A stretch of 63,804 bases of DNA, filler included, from Octopus bimaculoides (GCF_001194135.2; 6 parts of 5 records of this genome joined end to end with filler, not necessarily neighbours in it), one strand, 5' to 3'. Positions 51,353 through 63,446 are shown, counted from the whole stretch's first letter. The notes: a model not told the origin generated them from the sequence alone. Made by a program: numbers and translations.

Positions 51353-53098
51353 ATAATAATAAAGATTGGGGAAGGGTGTAAGTCGATTTCATCAAGTCCA
51401 GTATTCAACTGGTACTTTAATAAAACTCACAGGTCCCAGATTATTCAGACTACTGAAGGTAAATGCTCTCACTCAGCTACCATAGACTTCTTTCTCCACT
51501 TGCTGAAATGCATCCAACCAACTTGTCTGAGTTAATCTTTCCCTTGTCGCCATTTTATATTTCTTTAGAATAGCCCTGACTACTTCATCTTCCATAGTGT
51601 CTGACACCACTGCAGTGACACATTTTGCATGTGTCAATACAGCTCTTTCACATCCTGGTTTTAATTTGATAACCTTCAATATCTTTTAGTAACTCAAGAA
51701 TCAGTAGAAATAGAAGAAATGAGAGGTAACAAATTTAATAGATAGAACATTGAATCAATTCCTATAGGTTTCCTTTTAGTATGACTACAAATCAGATGCC
51801 ACTGAATATAAAAACGTTTCAGTTACTAAAAACAAGACAAAAGCAGCCTTATTGAAGGCAACTACCAAGCAGTACCAAGGTTAACTCTATTGAATGGAAC
51901 AGCAGCAGAAGCACTAATAGTAGTCTAGATGTTCATATTTAGCTGTGCACTGTTTGTACTAGCACTGTACCCTGAGGACAATAAAATTGTAAATCACATT
52001 GGTATTCATCAATGCACTGTGACCAGAACACACTTCTCTCAGTATTATCCTCAACTGAAGCTGAAGAAAACGATGCAAATGTATCTCAAATACAGCAATA
52101 ATTATCTTACTAGTGAGAAGACACTAAGCTACCTCAGTAGAACAGGGAAGGAGTGGAAAGGAAGAGAGTATTAGGAAGTTAGAGAGACAGTCAGAGTGAG
52201 AAGAGAGAGAAATAGATGATGTTGGAGATGTATTGGGGCCTACACAGAAGGAAGAGTGGTGAGGAAATATAAGTAGTACAGAGAGGAATGTTCCATAAAA
52301 ATGTGATGGGATAGGTTTAGAGATGGAGAAGACTTGACTGTAGCAAGTGATGGTGAGAGAAATTGGAGTGACTGGGAGGTGGTAATGTAGATATGTGAGG
52401 GCATGGAGAGTGTGCAGATAGGCTCGTGAGAAAGAGTGGCAGGGCTTGCAGTGGGTAACACATATGGGGGAGAGTGGAGGGAAGGGGCCTGCAGCAGCTA
52501 TTGAGAAGAGGGAAAAGTTTGTGTGAGGGGATTCATGGCTATAAAGGACATGCCTGTATATGTGAATAGCCATGAGTTCACTTAGCTTGATGTGTCTTCT
52601 CAAATGCAGCAAATTGCCAGAAGTCTCAGTCTTTTGTCACTTTAATGACATATATGTTTCTGTCTTTAGGTTGTAAAATTGCAAATTGGCCACCCAATAT
52701 TATTTATAATTTTCACTTTTACTGTTTNNNNNNNNNNNNNNNNNNNNNNNNNNNNNNNNNNNNNNNNNNNNNNNNNNNNNNNNNNNNNNNNNNNNNNNNN
52801 NNNNNNNNNNNNNNNNNNNNNNNNNNNNNNNNNNNNNNNNNNNNNNNNNNNNNNNNNNNNNNNNNNNNNNNNNNNNNNNNNNNNNNNNNNNNNNNNNNNN
52901 NNNNNNNNNNNNNNNNNNNNNNNNNNNNNNNNNNNNNNNNNNNNNNNNNNNNNNNNNNNNNNNNNNNNNNNNNNNNNNNNNNNNNNNNNNNNNNNNNNNN
53001 NNNNNNNNNNNNNNNNNNNNNNNNNNNNNNNNNNNNNNNNNNNNNNNNNNNNNNNNNNNNNNNNNNNNNNNNNNNNNNNNNNNNNNNNNNNNNNNNNN

Positions 53099-53140
<42 letters not shown>

Positions 53141-55066
53141 AAGTAAGAAAGTGGAGATATAACATTTAATAAGAATTTATTATCTGCAAAAATCAAATAT
53201 GGTCCCTTACAGCTGTTTCAGTTAGGTCTAATAGATTATATAGTAATTAATAAAATCATTATATTAGGCAAAATCTCATCAGAGAGGTAGAAAAAAGATA
53301 TACTGTTAAGTTTTTAAGTGTTGTATTATATATATGTAGTCAATTAAAAAAAAAAACAGAGAAAAAGAAAAAAACAAACGAATGTGTGGACAAAGCACAA
53401 GCAATGTATTAATAAGACACTCAGAGAAAGAAAAGAGTAGTAGTTTTACATTTTGATATCTCTTCTTCGGAAACAGGGAAAACTATTTGTGGTTGGGGGA
53501 GAAATTAAAAAGCACTTATGAACCTTCAAAGATCGAAATTTTGTTAAGGAGTTCATCATACCTAACATTCGTATTCTTTTAAAGATGATTTTCTTCTCAT
53601 CTATGTGTACAGGCTGTCTAGTGACGCCATTCATTCATTTGATATTTATTTATTTATAATTATTTTTGCAATGCACAAATTTTCCTGGACTATACATATA
53701 TATATCAAACATTGAGAATGAATTCTCAACACCACATTGGTGGACAAATATTTTTTATTTATGGGGTAACCTGACCACTATTGGTTTCATGTTGAGAGAT
53801 ATATATATCTCAACAATTATTTAAGTCTGTACCATGGAACGCTGGTATTCATCTCCATCTTGGATGAGAGATGAACACCAATGTCTCATGGTACTGACTA
53901 GAATAATTGTTAAAAGATATTTTTCTCAACATGAAATCAGTGATAGTTTGGTTACCCCACAAAAAAGTGTATGTATATATGTATAGATAGAGAGATAGAT
54001 AGATAAATAGATAGATAGATAGATAGATAGATAGNNNNNNNNNNAAGTAGGTAGGTAGGTAGGCAGGCAGGCAGACAGACAGACAGACAGATAGATAGGT
54101 AAGTAGATAGGTAGGTAGGTAGACAGACAAACAGACAGATAGATAGATATCTTTTTATTATAGCCACACAGGGCTAAATACAGAAAATGGACAAATTACA
54201 ATGTAGAGCTTTTCTTTGGGGGGGAAAGGGGGTATAATTTCGATCAAAAGGGATCGCGGAAAAAAAAANNNNNNNNNNNNNNNNNNNNNNNNNNNNNNNN
54301 NNNNNNNNNNNNTTAATTAATTAANNNNNNNNNNNNNNNNNNNNNNNNNNNNNNNNNNNNNNNNNNNNTTAAGACCATTGCCGAGCATTTAATACCCGAG
54401 CAACGCCGGATACTCGTGCTAGTTATTTATAAATTATCTTAACAAAATCAATCCTCAAACCTTTTAAAGTTACAATGAATATCTACGTCACAGTCCAGTT
54501 TCAACAGAATGAAATGTTCAATATTTTCTCCCGTATATGCAATAGTGTAGCTAGAATGTGTACCGCCCTTAAGCCAATGAATTAGATGTGTAGTTGTTGG
54601 GCGACATTAGTTTTTTATCATAATAATCTCATCCAGGTTTGTAAGGTCCTGTTTTTGTTTGTGCGCGGTTCAAACTGTGGAAGTGGCATCAAGTTCATTG
54701 ACTGACGTCAGCAAAAATACTGACGAAGTTGTTGATCAATGAGGTTTTGATTAAACTTAATACAACAGAGAGGGACGAAGGTCAGATGGGCATAGTCACG
54801 GGCAATAGAAACAGAGAACGGACGCAGCCAAGCGTTAAGATAGAATGTTGTTCGTCAACTAGACTGGTCAACATGAACAGTCTGTAAAACCCAACTACGA
54901 TACTGCTACTAACTTAAAAGTAACAGCACTGTTTTTTAACGATCTCGAAAAGATAAAAGATAAAGTTGGCCTCAACGGGATTTTAACTCAGAGCACAGAG
55001 TTAGAACAAATACTGCTGAGTTTTATCCCCGACACGTGAGTGATTTCGTCAATGTGTCACTTATTT

Positions 55067-55724
55067 GGATCTTTTTTAAAACGGGGGCCACATTTTTCAT
55101 TAACGAAACACTTTGAAACTTGGAACACTGGTAGAATGTGTCATATAAAACATCTTTTTCTCTTAGTCTTCTTAAAAAAAAAAAAGAAATCCATAAATTA
55201 TTCCATGTTAAAGTTGTCGTATTTCTGTAATTTCAACCAATCACTGACGTCCATTCAGCCGATATACATTAAGCGCCGACTACATAAACAAACGATTCTG
55301 AAACAATTAACCCTAACCCTAACCCTAGGGTTAGGGTTAGGGTTAATTGTTTCAGAATCGTTTGTTTATGNNNNNNNNNNNNNNNNNNNNNNNNNNNNNN
55401 NNNNNNNNNNNNNNNNNNNNNNNNNNNNNNNNNNNNNNNNNNNNNNNNNNNNNNNNNNNNNNNNNNNNNNNNNNNNNNNNNNNNNNNNNNNNNNNNNNNN
55501 NNNNNNNNNNNNNNNNNNNNNNNNNNNNNNNNNNNNNNNNNNNNNNNNNNNNNNNNNNNNNNNNNNNNNNNNNNNNNNNNNNNNNNNNNNNNTTCGAATA
55601 CAAAAATATTTTTCTGTTCTATAACACAAAATAGATAAGTATACGAAGTTTGAAAGTCTTTCGGTACCAAAAACACTACGTAAAACATTAATGAAAAATG
55701 TGGCCCCCGTTTTAAAAAAGATCC
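55067..55724. mobile_element. Non-autonomous TIR element with internal telomeric palindrome
   Basis: Perfect 37-bp TIR GGATCTTTTTTAAAACGGGGGCCACATTTTTCATTAA; 8-bp TSD ACTTATTT (55059-55066 and 55725-55732); contains an N gap. Confidence 0.85.
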
Positions 55725-56511
55725 ACTTATTTTACTATATAAGTTATACAATGTTCATAAGCTCATTTCAATATTTGGTTTGAAAGAAGGGGCTGTGCTT
55801 ACCGTTTTCAGGGACCGCTGACACTGATGCAGTCAGACATCCAAAGGTTTTTTTTTTTTAAATTGCATAGTCAAACTTTAACCTCTCAACACTTAGCATA
55901 AAGCTACCATCCCCTGGTAAATTTCTTCTTGTTTTTTTTTTCTTTTGATAATTACCCAATACACTCTAAAGTGAGTGGCATAAGGAAGGGTATTCAACCG
56001 TAGAAACTATGCCAAAGATATTGGAGCTCGACGCAGTCCCTCGGCTTGTTGGATCCGTCTAATCGATGCCAGAATTGAAGACAGTCATTAAAAGATGATC
56101 ATGATTGCCAGTGTGTGTGCGCGCATACATGCATACGCGCACACACACGCATACATACAGCCAGCCAGCCATGGTTGAAAGAAGAACAAGAACAACAAGT
56201 ATTATTAAAAGAGGAAAGAAGCATGGTCGTTCCTTAACCAAGTGACCTTATCTTATCACCCATCACTTGTTATGCGCTTATAAATTAGTTTGATAGTTGA
56301 GTTCTGATTAACTGTATGCAAATGAGTTCATAACTGGGGTCCAGAACTCTCGTAGCCCGGGGCATGCTGCAAAAAGCGTCCCTGCACAATTACAAAATCC
56401 ACGATATTATGTAGTAATTATTTGTTAAAAGTAATTAATGTTTTAAAGCAATATTTTAGGAAAAAATACTTTACCAGTCCAGTACAGGCAGTAATTCAAA
56501 ATATATTTTTT

Positions 56512-56608
56512 GGGCGAAAGTAAAGAATACGCACATCCGGTGTTTAGGGTTAGGATTAGGGTTTTTGTTACGCCGAAAACGGATGGTGAACGTTTTCTTT
56601 ACCTCCGC
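56512..56608. mobile_element. ~97-bp MITE with internal TTAGGG
   Basis: Imperfect TIR GGGCGAAAGTAAAGAATACG; 8-bp TSD TATTTTTT; central TTAGGGTTAGGATTAGGG. Confidence 0.65.
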
Positions 56609-57259
56609 TATTTTTTTAATGTTTACTTTTATAAATTTTATAAATGGAGTTCAAGCTTATCGTATTATGGTCAATTTTGCGCCCCTACTTCAATCGGCGC
56701 CCGGGGCACGTTCCCCCTTGCTCCCCTCCCTAGTTAAGCTACTGGGGCTAGCATCTTTTAGTTCATTGACTATGTTCTGATGATTTTGGTCAGTTGACGT
56801 CTCACGTACTGTGACATATTCTTGCATTGAAGAAATTCTTTTACATCGCCAGGACTAACAGCAGTGAACGAGGCTCGAAGGAGAGACAAAGAGTTGAAAC
56901 AAAGGATGAGGAAAAAATAACATTACTCCACCGAACTATGTCAGTTTTTAGTTAATTAAATTTCTCACTGTTGGGCAATTACCTGTTATCTGCATTTCGG
57001 TAAGGTAAATGGGTGGGGAATGTTTGATGCCTTACATAGAAGATACGAATGAGAATTAATAAATTCAGGTATTTAATTTGTGTGAGCTTTAGCCTTTAAC
57101 ATGAAGTTAAGGAAACACAGGATGAAAAATAAATGGGATTCCTAAGTGTGACATGTAAAATGTTCGGGAGCAAAATAAGTCAACAAGGAATAGAACACCG
57201 CTATTAATAGGATAATAATTTACGAAGGAAATAATTTCTCAAACACCGCTTATTCGTCC

Positions 57260-57310
57260 TTTTAAAATAACTTCCGGTGTTAACACGTGTGATTGGACGA
57301 ATAGGTAAGC
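57260..57310 (+). promoter_or_regulatory. Candidate SPATA5L1 promoter / 5' UTR exon end
   Basis: CTTCCGG (ETS-like) 57271, CACGTG 57284, ATTGG 57292, donor AG|GTAAGC at 57305. Inference only, no transcript data. Confidence 0.4.
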
Positions 57311-58550
57311 AGTTTTGATTCAAAACTTAGAAACGTTTTATTTTTTATTAATTATTTTGATGAACTGATGAATAATTAATATCTATAACTGTTCAGCTTT
57401 CGTTGGCAAAATAATAAAATTTGACTTTCATGTTACTTTGTATAAAAGCTGTCTTTATTCACAAAAGGCGGTTTACCTTGATAGAGAAAAATAAGGTATT
57501 TGTAACTCATAATTATTGTTGCATTGTATATTTTTTAAACATTTAAATAAAAATAAATTGTGCTAAAGTTTTTATTTTGAATTTTCGCGCATTTTTCTTA
57601 GTTCTTTCCAAGTCTCATTTCATGTATATTTGGAATTTATATCTAATCACTAAATGGAAATTTAAAAAATTTAAACGGTCTAATAATAATAATAACGCAT
57701 GGAACGTCCGATATAAAAGATACAAAACTTGATCACAATCATGTTTTTTTTTAAATATATATTTAAACAATGCCTAATAATTTACTACAAATATTTAAAA
57801 AGCTGTAAGTAAAAAAAATTTAACAAAAACCTTCAGATTTCGGCGAAACAAGCTTTTGTAATAAGCCAAAGTGAAAGTCAAAGTTTGTTATATATAAAAT
57901 GTATATGAATTTGTAATCACCTTATCTCTAATTATGTACTCCTAAAACATTATTAGAAAGGAATTTTCTGCATCTCACTTACTCGTGTTCTATTTGCTTT
58001 CCAAAAGCATTTCTTTAACTTTCATGACCGGTGGTGTTTTTATACAAAATTAATTTTGAAAGTTCTCTTCTATGACTTTTAAAATTTTTTTATATCCTCC
58101 AATCTTTACATAAACTGCGTTTATACATAATCTAAACATTTTTCTCTTTAATATTTATCTTTTACGATACAGTTGATACCGCCTGTGTTTTGAGTTTTAA
58201 AAAATGCCTTGTGTGCAATTGAGGGAGTATGTCTGACTGTTTTATTATTTTCTTTAGTAAATTATATTCTTAATGAATAAGATTTAAACAAGTAGATACT
58301 ACAGCAGATATAATTAATAAATATATTATGGAACAACAAATTCGTTAGATTAGTTTTTTTTTTTATCAAGTTATTTTTAAATGATGCTATTTTGTATCCT
58401 CGTGTTACCATCCCATAATTTGCATCATTGACAGTTTATTTGTGCGGGCTTTATAAATTAGATAAATAAAATCTATGTGGATATATATATATATATATAT
58501 ATAAAATATTTAAAAAGTTGTAGTGTGATATCGTCAAAACAATTTTCGGC

Positions 58551-59156
58551 ACTGTCATGCTATTAGCTGTCAGAAGTGAAAGTGCTCACTGCTAGTGAAG
58601 TATCTGTCTGTCTGCCTGCATGCCTGTTGCTGGCCTGTCGATTCTTTGGCTACTGACAGCTAATACCATGACTGGCCGGAGCGAGCTATATGTCTGTCTG
58701 TCTATCTATAGATAGATAGATAGATAGAGATATCTATCTATCTATCTATCTATCACTCGAAAGTTCGCGCGTCCGCGCTAGCTAGTCGTGAGTGGTCGAT
58801 CCTATTATTTTAAAACTTCAAACTTTATTTGTTTTCTATTTTGATAAATTCTCTCTGTTGAAAATTATATTTTTATATTTTAAATAATTTGCAATTTCAG
58901 GAAATATGTTTTTATATTAAATTTGTGTTTTCTACTCACGACTAGCTAGCGCGGACGCGCGAACTTTCGAGTAATAGATAGATAGAGAGACAGACAGACA
59001 GACAGACATATAGCTCGCTCCGGCCAGTCATAGTATTAGCTGTCAGTAGCCAAAGAATCGACAGGCCAGCAACAGGCATGCAGGCAGACAGACAGACAGA
59101 CAGATACTTCACTAGCAGTGAGCACTTTCACTTCTGACAGCTAATAGCATGACAGT
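58551..59156. repeat. 606-bp inverted repeat (foldback/MITE-like)
   Basis: Arms 58551-58793 and 58934-59156, differing mainly in GATA/GACA microsatellite length; 140-bp AT-rich spacer; no convincing TSD. Confidence 0.9.
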
Positions 59157-60644
59157 TATTGGCTCATTGCTATTTTATTATTTTGTTTTGAAGCGTTATT
59201 TAAAGTACCCTGTGATTATTGATCATAGCAGTAATTTTTGTGTCTTTCTGTAAAATATTATTTGGTACTTTGAAAGTATTATAGTCATAGTTTGAAACGT
59301 AATTTGATGAATTCGTTCGACTAACGAATGAAAATAATCGGCAAAGTGCTACAGAAACAGCGTCAAATTCTGGTGCATTAATGTTATCATTATTTCTCTG
59401 ATGGTAATAATTTCCTTTCTTTGACTTCCACTAGTTTTACCGTCTTTATCGCAAAGTTAGTATTAAAGCGAAAGTATAAACACATCGTTAGATGAAAAAC
59501 AAAACTTGACCAGCACTACCCAAATACGACAACTATAACCCCAAATAACTTCTAAAATACGAAATTTTGTCAAAAACGTTCAGAGTTAACCGTGTTCTAC
59601 GTGAGAAATTCTACCCGTATTGGAAGTTTCAAACTGCTTAGTTAAAAACAATTAATTAAAAAATCTGTGATTCAAACTGAACAGATCCACAAATTATGTT
59701 TACACGAGGAGGGGTAACATATTTTCTTTTTTTCCGCTACAATCCAAGTGCTCTCAATATTTTGTAGATTGCCAAAATAGAGTGACGAACAGAATGCTTT
59801 ATGGTGTTTATTTATGATCCCTTAAGTTCTGAGTTAAAATCCTGTTGAGGTAGGTTTGGCTTTCCATCCTTACTGGGTCGATAAAGTAGTGCCAGTCAAT
59901 TACTGATGGGTCAATATAATCGGGGGGTTTATTCCTTCCGAGTTTTTGTCTCGTGTCTATTTCAGAAAACAGCGTAGTGTTGTGTTTGCTGAGTCGAAAT
60001 GTGCAGTATTTAGTTTGAATCTCGCCGAGATCATCCTTGCTCTTTATCTCTTCGAGTGGGGAGTGATGGAGTAATAAAACGAGTTTCAGTTCAGAAGATG
60101 AAATTGGGCACCCATGTACTAAAAGGATTTGTCTAAAATAGAAATACATTATTTTTCTTTGTACAATCAGTCAAAAACACGACTCTTTTGGCACTCTTCA
60201 GTCGAGTGAACATGTTCCACTCATCTAACCCATTACCATTTCATATTTATTTACATTGTAGAATAAACAATCCGTTATTTGCTCCAATGGCAGCTTATAA
60301 TGTTTATGTAATACATTTTATAAATTCATTAAAGTAAGAAAGCAATATTGTTACATAATTATTTTCCTGCCTGTAGTTGTAGTTAGCACAGCATATCTGG
60401 TTCTTCATATTCAAACTGTTGGACTGTGTTATTAGTGAACATAATCATCTCACAAAACCAAAACAAAGAAAAAAAAATCTTTTGATATGTAATAGGACTT
60501 GTTATATTTGCTATATCAACTATCAAAAAGATGATTGTAATAAGTAACATACATGAATTATTGTTTATTGAAATATAAACTATGCTTTTTTTTATTTTTA
60601 GGTATTTTATTTATTTTACTTCGGTTAAAATTTTCAACTTCCGG

Positions 60645-61742
60645 ATGGAGTCTTCAGGAAGTGAACATTTTGATTTGAATGTGGAACCAGTAGAAACCAG
60701 TGACTGTGAAGGGCAAAGATGTCGTTTGGGCTCAACACTGTGTGCTTCCCTTGGAGTGGAGCTTGGTTCATTTGTAAGAATAACAACACCTAAAATTTCG
60801 GCAATATGTAGCGTCTGGCCGAGACCTGAAGACCAGGATGGTGTATTGCAGTTCAGTGAATTAGTTACTCGTGATTGTTTTAAGACAACCAAAGTGTTTG
60901 ATGGTATACCTCATATTGATGTACTCTCTACAGCAAATGCCAAATCAACAGAAATTAGTATAATTGCAAAAGACATTAATAGTTTTGAAAAATTAAAACA
61001 CATGCATCGACATTCTGTATGTCTTCAGGAATACTGTCGCAGCTGTTTACATTTTGTTGGCATTGGTGTTAACGTCAAAGTTAATTTGAGTAAATCAGAT
61101 GTTGGTTGCAAGTATGGAATGTCTTATATAATAGTTCATTCTATTAAACCAGAAACTACTGATGTTGCCATTGTGAGTAAAGCAACTAAAGTTCGCATCC
61201 GTGATGTTATTACTGAAGAGAAATATAAACAAAGGCTGAATAAACCAAATATAGTTCTTGGTGGCTTAGAAGAACCTGCAGAATCTCTTAAAGAAATTGT
61301 AAGACTTCCCATGATACTGAAGGAAAATCCCAACTTCAGAGGTGCTGAATTGCCCCGTGGAGTGCTACTTCATGGTCCTCCTGGTTGTGGTAAAACAACC
61401 CTTGTCAAATACGTTGCTGTTGAATGTGATGCCCATTTGGTGACTGTCAATGGTCCTGAGCTATTGTCCTCTCAACCCGGTGAAAGTGAGCAGAATCTTA
61501 AAACAGTTTTTGAATTAGCAACTCGGATTGGTAAGACAGATGGTTGCATTTTATTCTTTGATGAAATTGACTCACTGTGCCCTAAACAAGATTATTCATC
61601 AAAGAGTTCAAAGCTAACAGCCCAACTAGGATTACTTATGGACAGCATAGAAAATGATAGTGGTCTTGTGGTGGTGGCTGCCAGTAATCAGCCAGCAGCT
61701 ATTGATCCCACTATTCGACGCCCTGGAAGATTTGATCGAGAG
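60645..61742 (+). CDS. SPATA5L1: AAA+ ATPase SPATA5L1/AFG2B, first coding exon (N-domain and D1 AAA module)
   Basis: N-terminal QRCRLG..LG..V.I..CSVWPR..DG.LQ pattern typical of SPATA5L1; Walker A GPPGCGKT, Walker B ILFFDE, SRH ASNQPAAIDPTIRRPGRFDRE; phase-0 donor GAG|GTAACA at 61743; acceptor TTTTTAG| at 60601 upstream of the ATG. Downstream D2 exons are not in this contig. Confidence 0.9.
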
Positions 61743-61879
61743 GTAACACCTTTTGTTAAATATCTATATATGTTTGTATTTCTGTAGAATTACTTTCAGA
61801 CTTTGTCATTTGTCACTGTTGTGTTTTCTCTGAAGCAAGGCACATTGTTATTATTTAGCTCAAACTTAGCTAGCAGTCT

Positions 61880-62050
61880 TTTACTCTTTTACTTGTTTCA
61901 GTCATTTGACTGCGGCCATGCTGGAGCACCGCCTTTAGTTGAGAAAATCGGCCCCAGGACTTATTCTTTGTAAGCCTAGTACTTATTCTATCGGGCTCTT
62001 TTTGTCGAACCGCTAAGTTACGGGGACGTAAACACACCAGCATCGGTTGT
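61880..62050 (-). mobile_element. SINE family A tail in SPATA5L1 intron
   Basis: TTTACTTGTTTCAGTCATTTGACTGCGGCCATGCTGGAGCACCGCC reverse tail motif. Confidence 0.8.
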
Positions 62051-62212
62051 CAAGCAACTAGAGGAGAAGTTTCAGGTGTGGAAGCAAGGTCTAGAATTGA
62101 AGGGCCTTAGAGTCAACCTAGCTAAAACCAAAATCCTAATAAGTAGGAAGGTAGATAAAACACAAACCCCTTCAGGTAGATGGCCCTGCTCAGTATGTAG
62201 AAAAGGAGTAGG
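62050..62212 (+). mobile_element. RTE-type LINE ORF2 fragment in SPATA5L1 intron
   Basis: LEEKFQVWKQGLELKGLRVNLAKTKIL..RWPCSVCRKGVG (post-RT region with a Cys motif). Confidence 0.75.
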
Positions 62213-62312
62213 NNNNNNNNNNNNNNNNNNNNNNNNNNNNNNNNNNNNNNNNNNNNTTAATTAATTAANNNNNNNNNNNNNNNNNNNNNNNNNNNNNNNN
62301 NNNNNNNNNNNN

Positions 62313-63446
62313 CATTATCTTTTAACTCCCAAATTTTACTTGCTAATGTCGTACTATTTGCCTTATGTCTTAGTCTAAAAGAGGACCTATGGTTATATAT
62401 TCTTTGTTTCACATTAATACTACATCCTATGTAAATAAAATTCTCGGTTATTGTACTAATAATGGATCTGTACACTACGTTACGGGTGCAACAAATTCCT
62501 AATAAGGGACAATGGGACTTATTTCTGAAGTTGCACATAGTGGTGCTATCAACCCCACCTATATTATTTCTAATATCTCTATTATTATTATTACAATTAT
62601 TTACACTAATATTATTACTCATTTCCTAAATTCTACTATTAAGTATATATTGATCATTTCCATCATTATTTAGCTTGTTTCCTGATGTGTTATCAGTTAG
62701 AATTATTCCTCCAACATTAGGCATATTGATATTATATGAACTAGGTCCCTGATTCCTATTATTTTCATTGGAGTTGAGCCTATCATCAACTTCAGTTAAA
62801 CCCTCAACATCAATACTGCTGCATTCTATTTGTTGGTTAAAATTATGGTTGGTAGGATTAAGCATATTATTATTATCCTCATAATTTCTATTGTCATTGT
62901 TATTTTCACTTCTATTTATATAATCATTAGTAGTAACATTATTGGTATTTGCTAGATTATTATTTGTATTACTATTCATATAACCATATGGATATTTTTA
63001 TGGATATTTTTAACTTCATTTATTCTAGCTGACCTAATGTTCTTTTTGTTTAACCTAACTATGATTGTACCTACATTAGGAAGGGTAGAGTAAGAAATTC
63101 GGACTGTATGACAAGAGAAAATTCTACTATGTCTGTGGGAAGAAGGGACATTTTTTTGTAAAATATTCATAAATTTTTTGTAAATATTTGTGGATATTGC
63201 ACAGTTGAAGGGGATATTTAACCAGATAGAGTTTTTATTTTTTCTCTTGAATTTATTGCGTGGGTGAGTATGGGGTATACTTTGATTACTATTACTTCCC
63301 AGAACAATATTATTATTATGATTGGTAGTTCTTTTAGTTGTGGGATACTTTTTATTTATATTATTAGTTTCACCATTACTGTCTACTAACATTGGCTTAT
63401 TACTAGTGTTAGCATGTAGTCTACTATTAAAATGTACTTTATTATT
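62313..63446 (-). mobile_element. Penelope-like element remnant with Asn-rich linker and GIY-YIG domain
   Basis: SIWLNIPFN..HTVRISYSTLPN, then CNFRNKSHCP..NVVYRS..FIYIGCS..YNHRSSFR..STTLASKIWELKD; one frameshift and one stop. Confidence 0.85.

Noticed and set aside
52124-52612. 162-aa ORF on the minus strand
   Set aside because: Purine/pyrimidine-skewed decayed sequence, possibly an old LINE fragment; no recognisable motif.
55301-55345. True chromosome-fusion telomere junction
   Set aside because: Only three units per side and enclosed by transposon TIRs with a TSD; treated as transposon cargo instead.
60582-60644. Upstream ATG extending SPATA5L1, and read-through to 61787
   Set aside because: The extension lies in a polypyrimidine tract and acceptor region and is F/I-rich; the read-through crosses a donor exactly after the conserved FDRE motif.
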